Under the pieces are notes generated by a model, which did no database searches, had not been told where the DNA came from, and saw only the letters and a program-made list of their open reading frames with translations. Positions 49,101-60,171 of a stretch of 64,000 nucleotides of DNA are shown in pieces. This DNA is from a virus, in the IMG/VR virus record IMGVR_UViG_3300042519_001698. One strand, 5' to 3'. The number at the start of each line of letters is the position of its first letter. The stretch's first letter is position 1. Both the position numbers and the translations under genes were made by a program.

Positions 49101-51214
49101 TTGTTTTTGTATTTGATTACATTTGAATTTTTAATTGTTTGATTTAAAACTGTATCAAGATATTCTGCAAATGTATATCCCGTTTGAGAGTATAATGTTG
49201 CACTACCAAAGTCAATTCCTAAGTTTCTTGATTGTCTCCATATGTCATAATCAATTGCTCTTGATGCAGATAAATTAACATTTAAATTTTTTCTATTTAA
49301 AATTAATTTAGAATCAGAGGTGGTTGAATTATTAATTTGTTTGTTGTCGATTTTTGAATCTAATTCAAATCCATATCCTAATCCTTGTAAATTTCTAAAA
49401 CTATCAAAATAATCTTCACCATATGTATAATCTTTTGGTTTAGTTTTAATTGTTTTAGTGTAACCCGTTAATATTGAATTGTCTTTGTCAACAACCATTG
49501 TTGATCTGTGATTCAAAGTTAAATCATACCAACCCGCACCTTTTTGGAAGAATATATCGTCAGTTAAATTAGTTACTTTTCTTGGTAAGTTATTTTCATC
49601 AATCGGATATTCATCTGAACTTAAATTTGTTGTTCCTGTAATAGATTGTGTGTTGTATGTTATACCTGTTGCACTTTCAGTAACACTTGTAACTTGTGTT
49701 GTTACCTTTAAACCATTTATTAAATCGTAAACATCGTTACCTAATACACTTTGTACTTTTGGTACTGAGGATACTTCATAAATGTATTCGTTAATTTTAA
49801 TCATTGGTTCAGGAGCTCCCAAGAATTTTAAAAAGAATTCTAAAGACGCTCTAGTACCTTTTGATTTATAAATGTGTGCTAAATTAACTAATAATCTTCT
49901 ATAGAATTCATGTTCAGCATCAACCAATGTATGTCCGACAGTTAACCCCGCATATTGTGTGTCGGTTCTTGTATACAATGTATCATTCAATGATTTTTCA
50001 TCAAATAGATTAACAGTATCTAAACCTAATGTGTTCGCTAAATTTTTTAATAATAAATCAGGTATGTTATTAATACTATCATAACTTACATTTCTCATGT
50101 ATGCAATGTTATCTATATATTTTTTTACCCTATCAAAACTTTGTCCGTATAATTGAAAAAGGGATTGAACCTTTTGGTCTTCAGTATCAAATTCAAATAA
50201 TTGTGGTGCAGATAAAAATCTAACAACTAAATTGGATTTATAATCGTCAATCTCATCACCAATACCACTTAACCTTTCAATGTATTGTTCATAACCAAGT
50301 CCGACAATCTGAATGTTCCATCCATCTTTAGAAATTGGCCATGTTACATCAAAATTACTAATTTCAGTTTTTGAACCATCTAAACTTGTATTTGGAACTT
50401 TAAATGTTGCAGTATAAATTGGTGAGGATGTTCTATCAATTAATAATGTTTGAATTTCATCTAAATTATTAAAGAATTCTTCAATGATTGAATCTTTTGG
50501 TTTGATAAATGCGTTTACTTCTGCGTTTAAAAGATTACCAAAAGGATTTCCTGTAACGATTAATTTAATTTCATTATCACTATTAGGTTCCGTGTATCCG
50601 ATAATTGGATAAACGTTTCCATCATATTCTATTACATATTTTTTATATGATGAATAAAAATTTCTTAGTGGATTTGAACTTGTTGGTATTGTGTTACTTT
50701 TAGGTTGTTGAATAACAATATCTAAAGGATTGTAAATTATATTCTTATTTACATAAAATGTGGTATTCTTTAAAATTGAATTGTATGAAATGTTTTTAAT
50801 CGTGTTTGCATCAATTCTTGATGGACTATCCTTATCAATTAACATCCCACTAGGAAATCTACTAATAATATCGTTAACCGAAATTTCTAATCTAAGTTTT
50901 AAAGAACCAAATAAAGATTTACCAGCGTCATTAATTCCACCTCTAAATTTTATCTTTTCTTTTTTAATGATGGTACCCATACCATCTTCCGAAACTGTTA
51001 AATCAGTTTCTTCTTTTAAGGTATCTAATGTTAAAAAATCTGAAAATGGTGAAGTCTTGAATTTTTTCGCGTCTCTTTCAGGAATGACTTTATCAAGTGT
51101 AAAGTTTTCATTGGTCAAATTACCTAAGGTTCTTTGATTACCAACTAAACTATCACTAAAAGTTTCAGCTCCCGATGCTGCTTGACTTGGTACAATTCTT
51201 TTAACTACTGCCAT
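46196..51214 (-). CDS. Large baseplate wedge-like protein with PT stalk, Calx-beta-like and Cys-rich C-terminal modules
   Basis: PDLLL..LA..LG and YRRLL.NL..IYK.KGT...LE..L..LG resemble baseplate wedge/tail-I motifs; EG.E.F.L.L Calx-beta-like segment. Confidence 0.65.
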   Translation of the reverse strand: MAVVKRIVPSQAASGAETFSDSLVGNQRTLGNLTNENFTLDKVIPERDAKKFKTSPFSDFLTLDTLKEETDLTVSEDGMGTIIKKEKIKFRGGINDAGKSLFGSLKLRLEISVNDIISRFPSGMLIDKDSPSRIDANTIKNISYNSILKNTTFYVNKNIIYNPLDIVIQQPKSNTIPTSSNPLRNFYSSYKKYVIEYDGNVYPIIGYTEPNSDNEIKLIVTGNPFGNLLNAEVNAFIKPKDSIIEEFFNNLDEIQTLLIDRTSSPIYTATFKVPNTSLDGSKTEISNFDVTWPISKDGWNIQIVGLGYEQYIERLSGIGDEIDDYKSNLVVRFLSAPQLFEFDTEDQKVQSLFQLYGQSFDRVKKYIDNIAYMRNVSYDSINNIPDLLLKNLANTLGLDTVNLFDEKSLNDTLYTRTDTQYAGLTVGHTLVDAEHEFYRRLLVNLAHIYKSKGTRASLEFFLKFLGAPEPMIKINEYIYEVSSVPKVQSVLGNDVYDLINGLKVTTQVTSVTESATGITYNTQSITGTTNLSSDEYPIDENNLPRKVTNLTDDIFFQKGAGWYDLTLNHRSTMVVDKDNSILTGYTKTIKTKPKDYTYGEDYFDSFRNLQGLGYGFELDSKIDNKQINNSTTSDSKLILNRKNLNVNLSASRAIDYDIWRQSRNLGIDFGSATLYSQTGYTFAEYLDTVLNQTIKNSNVIKYKNNYIVLQDIYDDYMNQVNNTGYTPYNFISANEFIEKMSPYWTSVIDQFVPSTSLWTGGNLIENNIFQRSKYKYKKPCQIYEFLEPAFPTPAEGNRHFQEEIFQFQFYFSQDDDLNYDGYLQFFPIFEIDGITYSGSTDPVFIPIPLNSEYGYNAPYMGVSTNNTNIISFENVPTPTPTLTKKLLFDPENYEAIQGYTGTTYALLSGTTTTNFSAKLYKGNGTNDFEPDYNKLRLLWREAIIDTVNYINFYSGYTTDGINGFKGTTHSGGTNTITRLPRISCEFLPFVGGIDGDEYVKFKSYKYGPHSCTVDKSFEFKVGYGAIAIDPTPTPTPTQTPTQTQTPTQTPTQTQTPTQTPTQTQTPTQTQTQTPTQTLACYMTGNAVYSAVPLITQSPTPTQTQTPTQTPTPTTYYRYFKVERCDDPTIVKYTVTYNTSDFTYGNRVYWGDADITYVIVDTFDPAIDTPPVSSSELIQITRSLDPDNGQPLNDCEEATPVVYRTARVFAWSTASGPTLTDIKTAACGENPSGLPVGYVSLSQNGSESLYVSDPAITSVTPSTIYTLYDANIGGSVVNGGDKYYAILIYGGGNVFQYVAYITTAGQIQDWSECTTTPPSTPSYGISVSPSSSDDGGGSFTTTVTAANISFPQTLYITILSTTGTVNLSDFQNNFPSTISLTYSGEEYSFSLAEDQLTEGTEKFKLELRSGSASGTVLSTSSEITITDGSLDIYYYTLAPCAGGTNLYSTGYEQGTYDSGDIVEGSSETYYVIAGSSTIDPGGNKISVTLANITICPEVEPPPPPPAALDFNITGGCLGGSGTGTISIGSFDGGTNSYSSVRIGDSLQNAGMSTPIDLTGEISYYWNNLANGTWYVLLYDSSNSVKTKSVTISCTTPPPPDPSPEPVYTYDCINGNCTAVQGYGGTYSNLEACQADCTEPSYTYYCKEPDGFCQAQVDPCSGTQIECGESEQPS

Positions 51215-52140
51215 TACGCTTTGATATTATCCAAGTTTAAAGTCTCATCTATATTATCTCTCTCTTCACGTACCTCATATAATGTATCATTAAATTGGTC
51301 TTTAATTTCGTAAAGGTTGAATTGTTTGTAGATGTTATTATCTTTATCGTAGATTGTGTAAATACCCGGAGTAATTGCTTTAGTTTGATTACCATAAAGA
51401 GCATTTGCTAATGTTGATGAATCATGTTCAACCATTTCAACTTCAACCGTTGTTGGGTTGAAGAATGTATTTGAAATAATAATACTTTGTCCTGGTGCTC
51501 CGATATATGGGACCACATTTGGTCTACTCGATGGTGATGATGAGGGTGTTACTGTCATAAAAACCAAATTTGAACTTTGGTCTGTGTATTGATATCTAAC
51601 CGCCTTATCTGTTGAATTTGTTAAATTTGCAACTATTGGTGTGCAATAAAATGACGATGTGACCATTCTATAAAAGTTTGGTATTTTCTGAAATGTTCCG
51701 TCATTATTAATATATTCAATTCTATATCCAACCATTCCTTGTGGAACAAATTTTCCTCTGAATTCTGTCGGTACATTGTTTAAATCTATAACCAAACCTC
51801 TAACTGATGGAAGTGACGCTAAAACTCCACAATCCATAATAGATGTTCTGATTTGTTTAGGTCTTAAATGAAGAGTGTAAACTCCTAAATTTGAAAACAT
51901 GTCGGATGATAATTTTAAATTATATAATCCTCCAAGAATTTCTTTTCCTGTTGCTGTTTTACCAACTGATGAATCTGTATTTGTATTGTGATACACAGGA
52001 GTTAAAACCGTTGCTGAATCTAATTTTGTTAACGTAACAGTGGCGTCCGTCGTCCTACCTGATACATAATGATATAAGATTTCAACGTCTGCTGGTGAAA
52101 CGTCCGCGGGTCTAATTATACCATAACTTCCTACTGCCAT
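51214..52140 (-). CDS. Putative virion structural protein
   Basis: 308 aa in the structural operon; TATTTATA at 52151-52158. Confidence 0.6.
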   Translation of the reverse strand: MAVGSYGIIRPADVSPADVEILYHYVSGRTTDATVTLTKLDSATVLTPVYHNTNTDSSVGKTATGKEILGGLYNLKLSSDMFSNLGVYTLHLRPKQIRTSIMDCGVLASLPSVRGLVIDLNNVPTEFRGKFVPQGMVGYRIEYINNDGTFQKIPNFYRMVTSSFYCTPIVANLTNSTDKAVRYQYTDQSSNLVFMTVTPSSSPSSRPNVVPYIGAPGQSIIISNTFFNPTTVEVEMVEHDSSTLANALYGNQTKAITPGIYTIYDKDNNIYKQFNLYEIKDQFNDTLYEVREERDNIDETLNLDNIKA

Positions 52141-52164
52141 ATCTTTTTATTATAAATATAATTT

Positions 52165-52746
52165 TTATTGTTTTCTAACCTTAAAAAATCCATTTCCATA
52201 GATTGATAATTCACCGAGGTTGTCAATTTCAGTTAATCTTAGGTTTTTCTCACTTACACCTTGTTTACCTCTGTCCACAAAAATGTCAGAATAAACTCTC
52301 GGTTCTTCTATAAATCCTAAAAAATGTTCATTTCTTGTTAGTACCTGTTGAAAAACTTCTTCTTTGGTGTATCCCGAAGTGTTTCCCGCTATTTCTGTAA
52401 ATCCGTCAGCCCTATCTCGATAATATAGTGTTGCATTTGTATTTGACCCCGTATATGTAAATGTGTAACCTGTATAAGCTACACCATCTTCCGTATTACC
52501 GTATGTAAAAGTGGAACTATCATATCCCGAACTTGTACCATATTTTCTTTTTTCATCCAATCTACTTGTACCTATCCCAATGTAACTAATTGTTGTATTT
52601 CCAGTATATGGATAAGTAGGTAAAGTATTACCTGTTCTGATTTGATACTCTAAATCAAATTCATATCCTTGATTTATCGTTTTACCCGTTGGGGGTATTA
52701 AATAATCAGGAACATTTATGGTTAAGGAACCAATTGGGATGGGCAT
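52165..52746 (-). CDS. Putative virion structural protein
   Basis: 193 aa, Thr/Gly/Tyr rich, structural operon context. Confidence 0.55.
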   Translation of the reverse strand: MPIPIGSLTINVPDYLIPPTGKTINQGYEFDLEYQIRTGNTLPTYPYTGNTTISYIGIGTSRLDEKRKYGTSSGYDSSTFTYGNTEDGVAYTGYTFTYTGSNTNATLYYRDRADGFTEIAGNTSGYTKEEVFQQVLTRNEHFLGFIEEPRVYSDIFVDRGKQGVSEKNLRLTEIDNLGELSIYGNGFFKVRKQ

Positions 52747-52830
52747 AAATAAAATTGTTTACACTAGTAAATATCTTTATAAGACTTTATTAATATAAAT
52801 AATTTTTAAAAATTAGGAAAGGTTAAAAAA

Positions 52831-53604
52831 TTATGCATTTCCATTTGCATCCCACCAAAATTCAAAGAATGCAAAATTACCCGACATGGTCCATGTGATT
52901 TTATATTTACTCACATTTGGACCGGGTTCCAATGCTGTAATTCCAGGTATTTGTGTTGCTCTAATTCTAAAATGTTGACCATCACCATTAGAGATATCAT
53001 TAGTTATTACAGGATTTGCTAAAGGACCTTGGGAAAAGTATCCAGGGATTCCATATCCATTTGAATCAAGTGTAGATACATGTTCTATTATAAAACCAGA
53101 TAATGGATAATCTTCATAGTAACCCAAGTTTCCAAAAGGTAATGTTGTAAATGACGCAATGTCTTGATAGGACGAATTTGTAACAACATCTCCACCTCCT
53201 ATGAAATCATACATGATTATTGCATTACTCGATATACTTGTTTGTTCACTAATTACACCGTTTGAACTTGGGTTATACACCGATAATGCACTTGATAAAA
53301 TTTGGTCAACATCTGATGTGTGACAACTACTATCTGAAGTCGTAACTAATGCATAATCCATAGGTGTGATACCAGTAATTCCGTAGTATGGTGATACCGT
53401 TAAACTACCCCCATTAAATGTTGAGGTTGCGGTTCTTGATAAACCAGTTGTGACTGTTCTAGTATTTCCCGTAGTAATACTACCAGTGTCCCATCTTGCA
53501 ATTTGAACAGTGAAATTATCGGGTCCGGCTGAACCGGCAGATGTTAACTGTATTGTAACATCCGACGTTAATTCTGTTACTTGTCCTATTAGTCCTTGTG
53601 GCAT
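52831..53604 (-). CDS. Putative virion surface protein
   Basis: 257 aa, Ser/Thr/Gly rich; TATTTATA at 53616-53623. Confidence 0.55.
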   Translation of the reverse strand: MPQGLIGQVTELTSDVTIQLTSAGSAGPDNFTVQIARWDTGSITTGNTRTVTTGLSRTATSTFNGGSLTVSPYYGITGITPMDYALVTTSDSSCHTSDVDQILSSALSVYNPSSNGVISEQTSISSNAIIMYDFIGGGDVVTNSSYQDIASFTTLPFGNLGYYEDYPLSGFIIEHVSTLDSNGYGIPGYFSQGPLANPVITNDISNGDGQHFRIRATQIPGITALEPGPNVSKYKITWTMSGNFAFFEFWWDANGNA

Positions 53605-53655
53605 AATCTTTTATTTATAAATATATCTTTATTTTGTTTCATTTTAAATCCTATT

Positions 53656-56600
53656 TTATGGCGTTGGTCCACCACCACATAATCCATAATGTGCTATTGT
53701 TCCACCCAGAATTCTTCCGTACACTGATCCATCGGTGTAATAACCTACACCCGAATAAATTGTATCACCTGAACCGTCACTAAACGCTTGATATCCATCT
53801 GTAAATCCTCCCGTTTCTGTATATATTGTAATATCCATCATTGCTCCATTAGCAAAGTTGTAACATGCACTACCAAAATCTTCAGTTCCGCCAATTTGAC
53901 CTGAACGTAAATAAACCGGATATAATGTTAATGGAGGTGCTGGACAAGTTACTTGATGTTCAATCGTAGTGGTAACACATCCGTTTGCATCTGTCACATG
54001 TAACCAATAATAACCACAAGCTAATCCTGTGACACTAATAGACGGTGAACCTGATGTTACATCTGTGTATATTGCGACTAAGTTATCAGTTGGGTAATCA
54101 TTATATGGTGATGCACTATCTTTATATAACCTATATGTTTTATTCCAAACCCCACCACTAGATGATATTGTTAATGAACCATTATCTCCACTTGTTGCTC
54201 CCACAACACTAGTTATTGATGACGATTGTGATGATGGTTGCGAAATATATTGTGGATATGAAATAGTACAACCTAAGGTGTCTCTAACAGTTATTGAGTA
54301 ATCACCAGCGGACAAATTAGAATACGTTTGTGGGAAGGATTCATATGTTGATCCTCCATCAATTGAAACAGTATATGCTCCACTATTACCTCCAAGTGGG
54401 TTAAGTACCGAAATTGATCCCTGTCCTCCATAACATAGTGGATCTACCACATTTATTGTACAACTTGGTGCTGTTTTTCTAAAATCAACAGATACACCTG
54501 TTGTAGAAACCGAACCATTACCATCTTTCGCTTCAAAATAATATAAAGCAGTACCTAAATTAAAGAACGTAACTTGTGATTGCCAATTTCCACCATCAAC
54601 ACGATATTCATAACCACTACCCGAACCACCAGCCGCAGATAATGTTACACTAGCGTTTGTACTATTATAACATGTTGGGTAATTTAATAAGGTTAGTGAA
54701 ACCGTAACACCAGCTAATGAATTACTAGGTGTTTGTGTCTGAGTCGGTGTCTGTGTCTGTGTTGGTGTATTTGTTGGTGTTTGAGTTGGGCAAGTAACAC
54801 AATCTCCGTAAGCTAATCCGTAAAACTCTCCCCCATTATAAGGTAATCCTATAGAAAATTCTCTAACAATTTCACTTCCCTGTAATTTTAACCAAACATA
54901 GTTATTACCGTTTGGACCAAATGTCATATTAATTAAACTACTACTAAGTTTAATGTTTGCATCACAGAAACTTGAACCAGCAGTTCTACTATTGGTAATA
55001 GTAAATGTATCCACAGGAATTGCTCCGGTTTGATAACATACTTCACTCATACTATTAACACTATACGATGCAACAAATGTTCCGAAAGGTGTTGGTGTTG
55101 GGGTCCTTGTTGGTGTTGGTGTTTGAGTCCGTGTTGGTGTTTGAGTCGGTGTACCTGTTTGACTAGGTGTTTGTGTCTGACTAGGTGTCTGAGTCTGAGT
55201 CGGAGTTTGACTAGGTGTTTGAGTTTGTGTTGGTGTCTGAGTCTGAGTTGGTGTTTGAGTAGGTGTACCAGTCTGAGTAGGTGTTGGGGTTTGAGTAGGT
55301 GTTGGGGTTTGAGTTGGTGTACCTGTTTGAGTTTGTGTTGGTGTGTTAGTTGGTGTTGCACTAGGTGCTATGGTTACAACATTGATGTTGAAGTTACAAT
55401 TGATTGTAGGTGTAGGTGTTTGTGTTAAAGTTTGAGTTGGCGTTGGCGTTTGTGTTTCAGTTTGTGTAGGGGTTTGTGTTGGCGTTTGAGTAGGTGTCTC
55501 AGTTTGTGTCTGAGTTTGAGTTTGTGTTGGTGTATTAGTTGGCGTTTCTGTGTTAGTCGGCGTCTGAGTCTGAGTAGGTGTAATTGTATTAGTAGGTGTG
55601 TTAGTTGGAGTTGCACTAGGTTCTATGGTCACAACACTAATGTTGAAATCACAATTAATTGTTGGTGTTGGGGTCTGTGTTGGTGTTTGTGTAGGTGTAC
55701 CTGTTGGTGTCTCAGTTTGTGTAGGAGTTGGGGTTGGAGTTTCAGTCTGAGTCGGTGTTTGTGTCTGAGTCGGAGTTTGAGTCGGCGTTTCAGTTTGTGT
55801 TGGTGTATTAGTTTGTGTAGGTGTGTTAGTTGGTGTTGATGATGGTTCAATTGTAATTACGTTAATATTGAACTCACAATTGATTGTTGGAGTAGGTGTT
55901 TGGGTTGGTGTTTGTGTTGGTGTGTTAGTCGGAGTTTCAGTATTGGTTGGTGTAGGTGTTGGGGTCTCAGTTTGAGTTGGTGTTTGAGTTGGTGTTTCTG
56001 TATTAGTAGGTGTAGGTGTTGGGGTAGGTAATGTATAACAATCACCATAATTTAATACTCTAATTGAAGCAATAAGATATTCATGTTCTACTGATTGAGA
56101 ACTCATTAATGTACCATGTACTATTGGTGTTGTTAATGTGAAAATCCCCTCTGAAACAAATTCATATTGTATTATATTATCAGTATTCTCATATTGAATA
56201 TAACCATACGAATCAACTATGTATAAAGTATTTTCATAATAATCACAATCGATTGGTGCGATACATCCAATAAAATCACCACCACTAAATGTTATTTTTT
56301 CATATGGATTGGTTGATGTTATTGATATTGTTACATCGGTTACATCATTATATTGAAGTAATGGTAATTCTACAAATTTTTCATACTCCTGAGATAACAT
56401 TGTTACGGTTGTGGATGAATATAAACCACTAGCGATGTAAATGTTTGCGGTAAATATTACACCAACAAAGGTTGCGGTTGGGTCACCATTACCATTTCTT
56501 GTTTTAAAATTAACACCATTTGAACTTATCGTACTACATATTTCTTCATAATCAATGTAAACAGTATGTGGTCTATTATATTTAAAAATTGTACTCTCAA

Positions 56601-59600
56601 ATGGAAATATTTCCCTGTACAAACCTTCATCCGCTTCAGTGTATGAATACGAACTTGTGTTATCATCATATAAATAAAAAGTCTCTTTTGTAGATAGGTC
56701 ATCAATAAATCCTCTTACAATATATTCACTATTATAAAAATTACTTGTGTTCCAATTTGTTATTAATCCATTTAAATCGTTATAAACATTTAACTGTAAA
56801 TTTGATTGGTCATATGAAGTTAAAAACCATCCACTGGTGTATGTTAGTCCTGTTGTAATAATATTTACAGTTCCACTATCTTCGGATATTGCCGTTGAAT
56901 CACCACTATTGACCAATGTTATTATGTCACTTACAATACCGTCTGTTGTTTTATAAAATTTTCTATAATTTGTTCCGTCACTTATTGAATAATATCCATT
57001 TAAAACTGTCGAGTCTCCGTCAATGTCGTAATATAATTTTTTACCTTGTACAATACCTAATCCATCCGCATCATTGTAATGTATTTCAAATACGTTTGGT
57101 TTATTTTCCACTTTTAATTCGTGTGTAAAATATGTACTTATTACTTTATTACCCGGTTTATCTTGATATGAATATAGTGTATCTTGTGTATTTCCCGTAA
57201 TTGATTCTAAATACGATTGTACTTTGTCATTAGCATCAGCTTCGGATATGTCAGAAACTATAAACCCATCGGGTATTGTTATGTTAATTGGTATTGGGTT
57301 ATTTAATTCTCCAATAACGTTATTTGTTTGTATAATAGTATAAGTGGTTGCAGAACTTGTATATGATGTTCCAGTTGAGTATGATTCTGGTTTACCTGCA
57401 ATATAGAAAAGTAAAAATAAATCTGCAAAATTTGTTGTTACAATAGGTGCATTAGTATATGTTGGGTCACTGATTCTCATAATATCTATTGAAAATCTAC
57501 TAACATTTGGATTTTGTGTTGTGTCTAAGGCATATGACACGTATCTATTAGTTATAACTCCACTATTTGATACACTGTAAAAATATGCACCGTCACATAA
57601 TGTGGTATAATAACTTTCATATGGAGTATTACTATGCTCATTACCCGTAGACATGTCTGAGTGTTTATAAACCGTAACGTTTGTATTAAGATATGGTGTT
57701 GTCGTATATCTTTTTCTTAAAATTTTTAAAGGTAATTCTCTTCTTGTAATATTTTTTCCTAAAAATAAACCGACAAGTAATGCTATACCGGCAACAATGG
57801 CCCCTATAGGTCCCGCAACAAGAGCCCCTTTGGCCAATGAAAGAAGTGCATATCCTATACTATAACCAACCAAAAAATCTGCACCTCCTTGTTCAATAGG
57901 TTTATCTGAGATGAGATACTTTTCTGGAACACCAGAAGACAAAGCATAATTTTTTCCGTTTTTATAAATGGCATGTTCAAAACCATTTAACGGTATATGA
58001 GTTTCGTTTGAAAAATTATATGCTGTAAAATGTTCATTATTTGCTAAATAATTTGAACTATTTGAGTATCCTAAAAAATAGGAATATGTGCTCGGTACTC
58101 TTAAGCTACCTTGCGGAATTTTTTCACTTATGTGTCCAGTGGCTGGCCACGATAGTTCAATGGCGCTTATTGTTGCCCTATCATATGATGGATTTAATGA
58201 ATAATTTGTTGTATATGTATTATTTTGTGGTACATATGTCCAATCTTTTGGTCCATCAACTTTCGGTATTACTTTAGTACTTGCAAATAATCTACTTTTA
58301 AATTGATAATCTGTTTTTGTACCAAATTCTCTTTTTATATTTGAGCTACCTATTTTATACACCATGTTATTGTCATATAGTGCACCGTAGTAGTATGGTA
58401 ATGAGAAATAACTTAATAATGAGTTATTAAATACTCTATTATAGAATGTTTTACTTGTGGATGCATCCCAAGTGTTTATAGGAGATAAACTATAAAGATA
58501 TGTTTCAATTTTGGGATTTACTAATGAATCGTATGCCGAATATGGATGAACACCAACTTTATATTTATGAACTAAATCACCACAACCAACTGAAACATTT
58601 ATAGTAGTTGGAAATCCATTAGTACTTATTGCATCTTTTTTGTACGCAACAGAAACTCTAACGTGAATCATTCCACTATTTGTTACAAAATAATCTGTTC
58701 TATTTTGTACATTTAATATATATGGTAACTTATACAGGTTAGAATAATTTCCAACATTAAAAACTCCTTGATTGGCATCCCAAGTTTTTAAATACGATAT
58801 TTCACCTATTTTATTTAAATTGACCCCATCCCCAACAACATAATAAACTCCCTGATTATTCCCTGTAAATGAAACTGTTACCGGTACAAATTTATTTGGT
58901 GCATTTAATGAAAAAACAAAATCCCATGATGTGTATTTTAGTCCCGTATTTAAACTAATACCATTCATATCTTCCGAATGATTAAACGCATCTGGAAAAT
59001 ATGGATGTGTTTCTTTAGCGGTACTTGTTGTTAATTCTGTTGACCTACTATTTGGACTACATCCATACACACCAGACCCACCACCACAACTTCCAATTTC
59101 AAATCTATGTGTTGAAATATTATATGTTAATATAATTTTATTATCTCCCCCACCAATAAAATTAACTTTTGGGACATATATGTCCCCATTAGTAAGTTCA
59201 ATAGTTAAATTATCGTCAAGATAATATGGTGAATTTGTAAATGGTGCAACACTCCAACCTGGCACTTTTTCAGTGTATAATTTTATTGTTTGTGGACATT
59301 CATTACAATATGTTGCGGAATTAGAACCTGAAGTTCCTGATGAACCACTAGAACCTGAAGTTCCTGATGAACCACTATAACCAGTACAAAATTCTCCTGA
59401 TATAACTTCAGGGTCACAATCTAATTGAACTTTAAAACTTCCACTACTTCCTCCCGTTGTTCTAAATTCTACAGTAAAAATTACATCACTTTTATTCTCA
59501 TCATCTAATAAAACTTGTAAATATTTACTATAGGTTGAGGATAAGATACCTAATGGAATTTCAGAGATAACCGTGTCAATTCCGTTCTTTTTTTGTTTTA

Positions 59601-59856
59601 TGTAAACGGTGATATTTGCACCATTTGTTGTAACAGGAGTAAAATTAAATTTTAATAGTTTTTGAACAGTTGGTTTTACTATGACATATATTGGTCTTAA
59701 ATTTGTTAATTTAGAATAGACTAAATAAAAACTATTAGAACTTGAGTTATGTAATCCTGTATTTGCCCATGTAAATACCTTCTCAACACCACATTCGTGT
59801 GTTGATGGAGTATCACCTGGTATCGGTTCTGGACAATTAAAATTAAAATTACTCAT
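53656..59856 (-). CDS. Giant virion surface protein with Pro/Thr stalk and SprB-like repeats
   Basis: 2066 aa; about 315-aa TPTQT tract; GG...Y..S.DGG......F.NL.AG.Y...V.D..GC repeats. Confidence 0.75.
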   Translation of the reverse strand: MSNFNFNCPEPIPGDTPSTHECGVEKVFTWANTGLHNSSSNSFYLVYSKLTNLRPIYVIVKPTVQKLLKFNFTPVTTNGANITVYIKQKKNGIDTVISEIPLGILSSTYSKYLQVLLDDENKSDVIFTVEFRTTGGSSGSFKVQLDCDPEVISGEFCTGYSGSSGTSGSSGSSGTSGSNSATYCNECPQTIKLYTEKVPGWSVAPFTNSPYYLDDNLTIELTNGDIYVPKVNFIGGGDNKIILTYNISTHRFEIGSCGGGSGVYGCSPNSRSTELTTSTAKETHPYFPDAFNHSEDMNGISLNTGLKYTSWDFVFSLNAPNKFVPVTVSFTGNNQGVYYVVGDGVNLNKIGEISYLKTWDANQGVFNVGNYSNLYKLPYILNVQNRTDYFVTNSGMIHVRVSVAYKKDAISTNGFPTTINVSVGCGDLVHKYKVGVHPYSAYDSLVNPKIETYLYSLSPINTWDASTSKTFYNRVFNNSLLSYFSLPYYYGALYDNNMVYKIGSSNIKREFGTKTDYQFKSRLFASTKVIPKVDGPKDWTYVPQNNTYTTNYSLNPSYDRATISAIELSWPATGHISEKIPQGSLRVPSTYSYFLGYSNSSNYLANNEHFTAYNFSNETHIPLNGFEHAIYKNGKNYALSSGVPEKYLISDKPIEQGGADFLVGYSIGYALLSLAKGALVAGPIGAIVAGIALLVGLFLGKNITRRELPLKILRKRYTTTPYLNTNVTVYKHSDMSTGNEHSNTPYESYYTTLCDGAYFYSVSNSGVITNRYVSYALDTTQNPNVSRFSIDIMRISDPTYTNAPIVTTNFADLFLLFYIAGKPESYSTGTSYTSSATTYTIIQTNNVIGELNNPIPINITIPDGFIVSDISEADANDKVQSYLESITGNTQDTLYSYQDKPGNKVISTYFTHELKVENKPNVFEIHYNDADGLGIVQGKKLYYDIDGDSTVLNGYYSISDGTNYRKFYKTTDGIVSDIITLVNSGDSTAISEDSGTVNIITTGLTYTSGWFLTSYDQSNLQLNVYNDLNGLITNWNTSNFYNSEYIVRGFIDDLSTKETFYLYDDNTSSYSYTEADEGLYREIFPFESTIFKYNRPHTVYIDYEEICSTISSNGVNFKTRNGNGDPTATFVGVIFTANIYIASGLYSSTTVTMLSQEYEKFVELPLLQYNDVTDVTISITSTNPYEKITFSGGDFIGCIAPIDCDYYENTLYIVDSYGYIQYENTDNIIQYEFVSEGIFTLTTPIVHGTLMSSQSVEHEYLIASIRVLNYGDCYTLPTPTPTPTNTETPTQTPTQTETPTPTPTNTETPTNTPTQTPTQTPTPTINCEFNINVITIEPSSTPTNTPTQTNTPTQTETPTQTPTQTQTPTQTETPTPTPTQTETPTGTPTQTPTQTPTPTINCDFNISVVTIEPSATPTNTPTNTITPTQTQTPTNTETPTNTPTQTQTQTQTETPTQTPTQTPTQTETQTPTPTQTLTQTPTPTINCNFNINVVTIAPSATPTNTPTQTQTGTPTQTPTPTQTPTPTQTGTPTQTPTQTQTPTQTQTPSQTPTQTQTPSQTQTPSQTGTPTQTPTRTQTPTPTRTPTPTPFGTFVASYSVNSMSEVCYQTGAIPVDTFTITNSRTAGSSFCDANIKLSSSLINMTFGPNGNNYVWLKLQGSEIVREFSIGLPYNGGEFYGLAYGDCVTCPTQTPTNTPTQTQTPTQTQTPSNSLAGVTVSLTLLNYPTCYNSTNASVTLSAAGGSGSGYEYRVDGGNWQSQVTFFNLGTALYYFEAKDGNGSVSTTGVSVDFRKTAPSCTINVVDPLCYGGQGSISVLNPLGGNSGAYTVSIDGGSTYESFPQTYSNLSAGDYSITVRDTLGCTISYPQYISQPSSQSSSITSVVGATSGDNGSLTISSSGGVWNKTYRLYKDSASPYNDYPTDNLVAIYTDVTSGSPSISVTGLACGYYWLHVTDANGCVTTTIEHQVTCPAPPLTLYPVYLRSGQIGGTEDFGSACYNFANGAMMDITIYTETGGFTDGYQAFSDGSGDTIYSGVGYYTDGSVYGRILGGTIAHYGLCGGGPTP

Positions 59857-59865
59857 TTTCTATTG

Positions 59866-60159
59866 TTAAAATATTTTTAACCCATATATGGTTGACATAG
59901 TGCTGGGTATGTGTGTTAATTTTACTGTTTCAATTATGGTTGTTAAACTTGGGGTTCTGTTGTATTTTTTTACAAACAATTCCTTTTTACTACTATAGTT
60001 AAATATCATAATATTAATATCCTCGGTTTGACTAGGGTCCAAATAAAAGTTTACATTAAATGTTCCGTAAGTGTTTTGAACATTAAACCAAATAATTTTA
60101 GAGACCCTACCAAAAGGTACACTAAAAGATACGCTAGGAATGTTAGTATATGTACTCAT
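59866..60159 (-). CDS. Hypothetical protein
   Basis: 97 aa in the operon. Confidence 0.6.
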   Translation of the reverse strand: MSTYTNIPSVSFSVPFGRVSKIIWFNVQNTYGTFNVNFYLDPSQTEDINIMIFNYSSKKELFVKKYNRTPSLTTIIETVKLTHIPSTMSTIYGLKIF

Positions 60160-60171
60160 TTTTTATATTTT

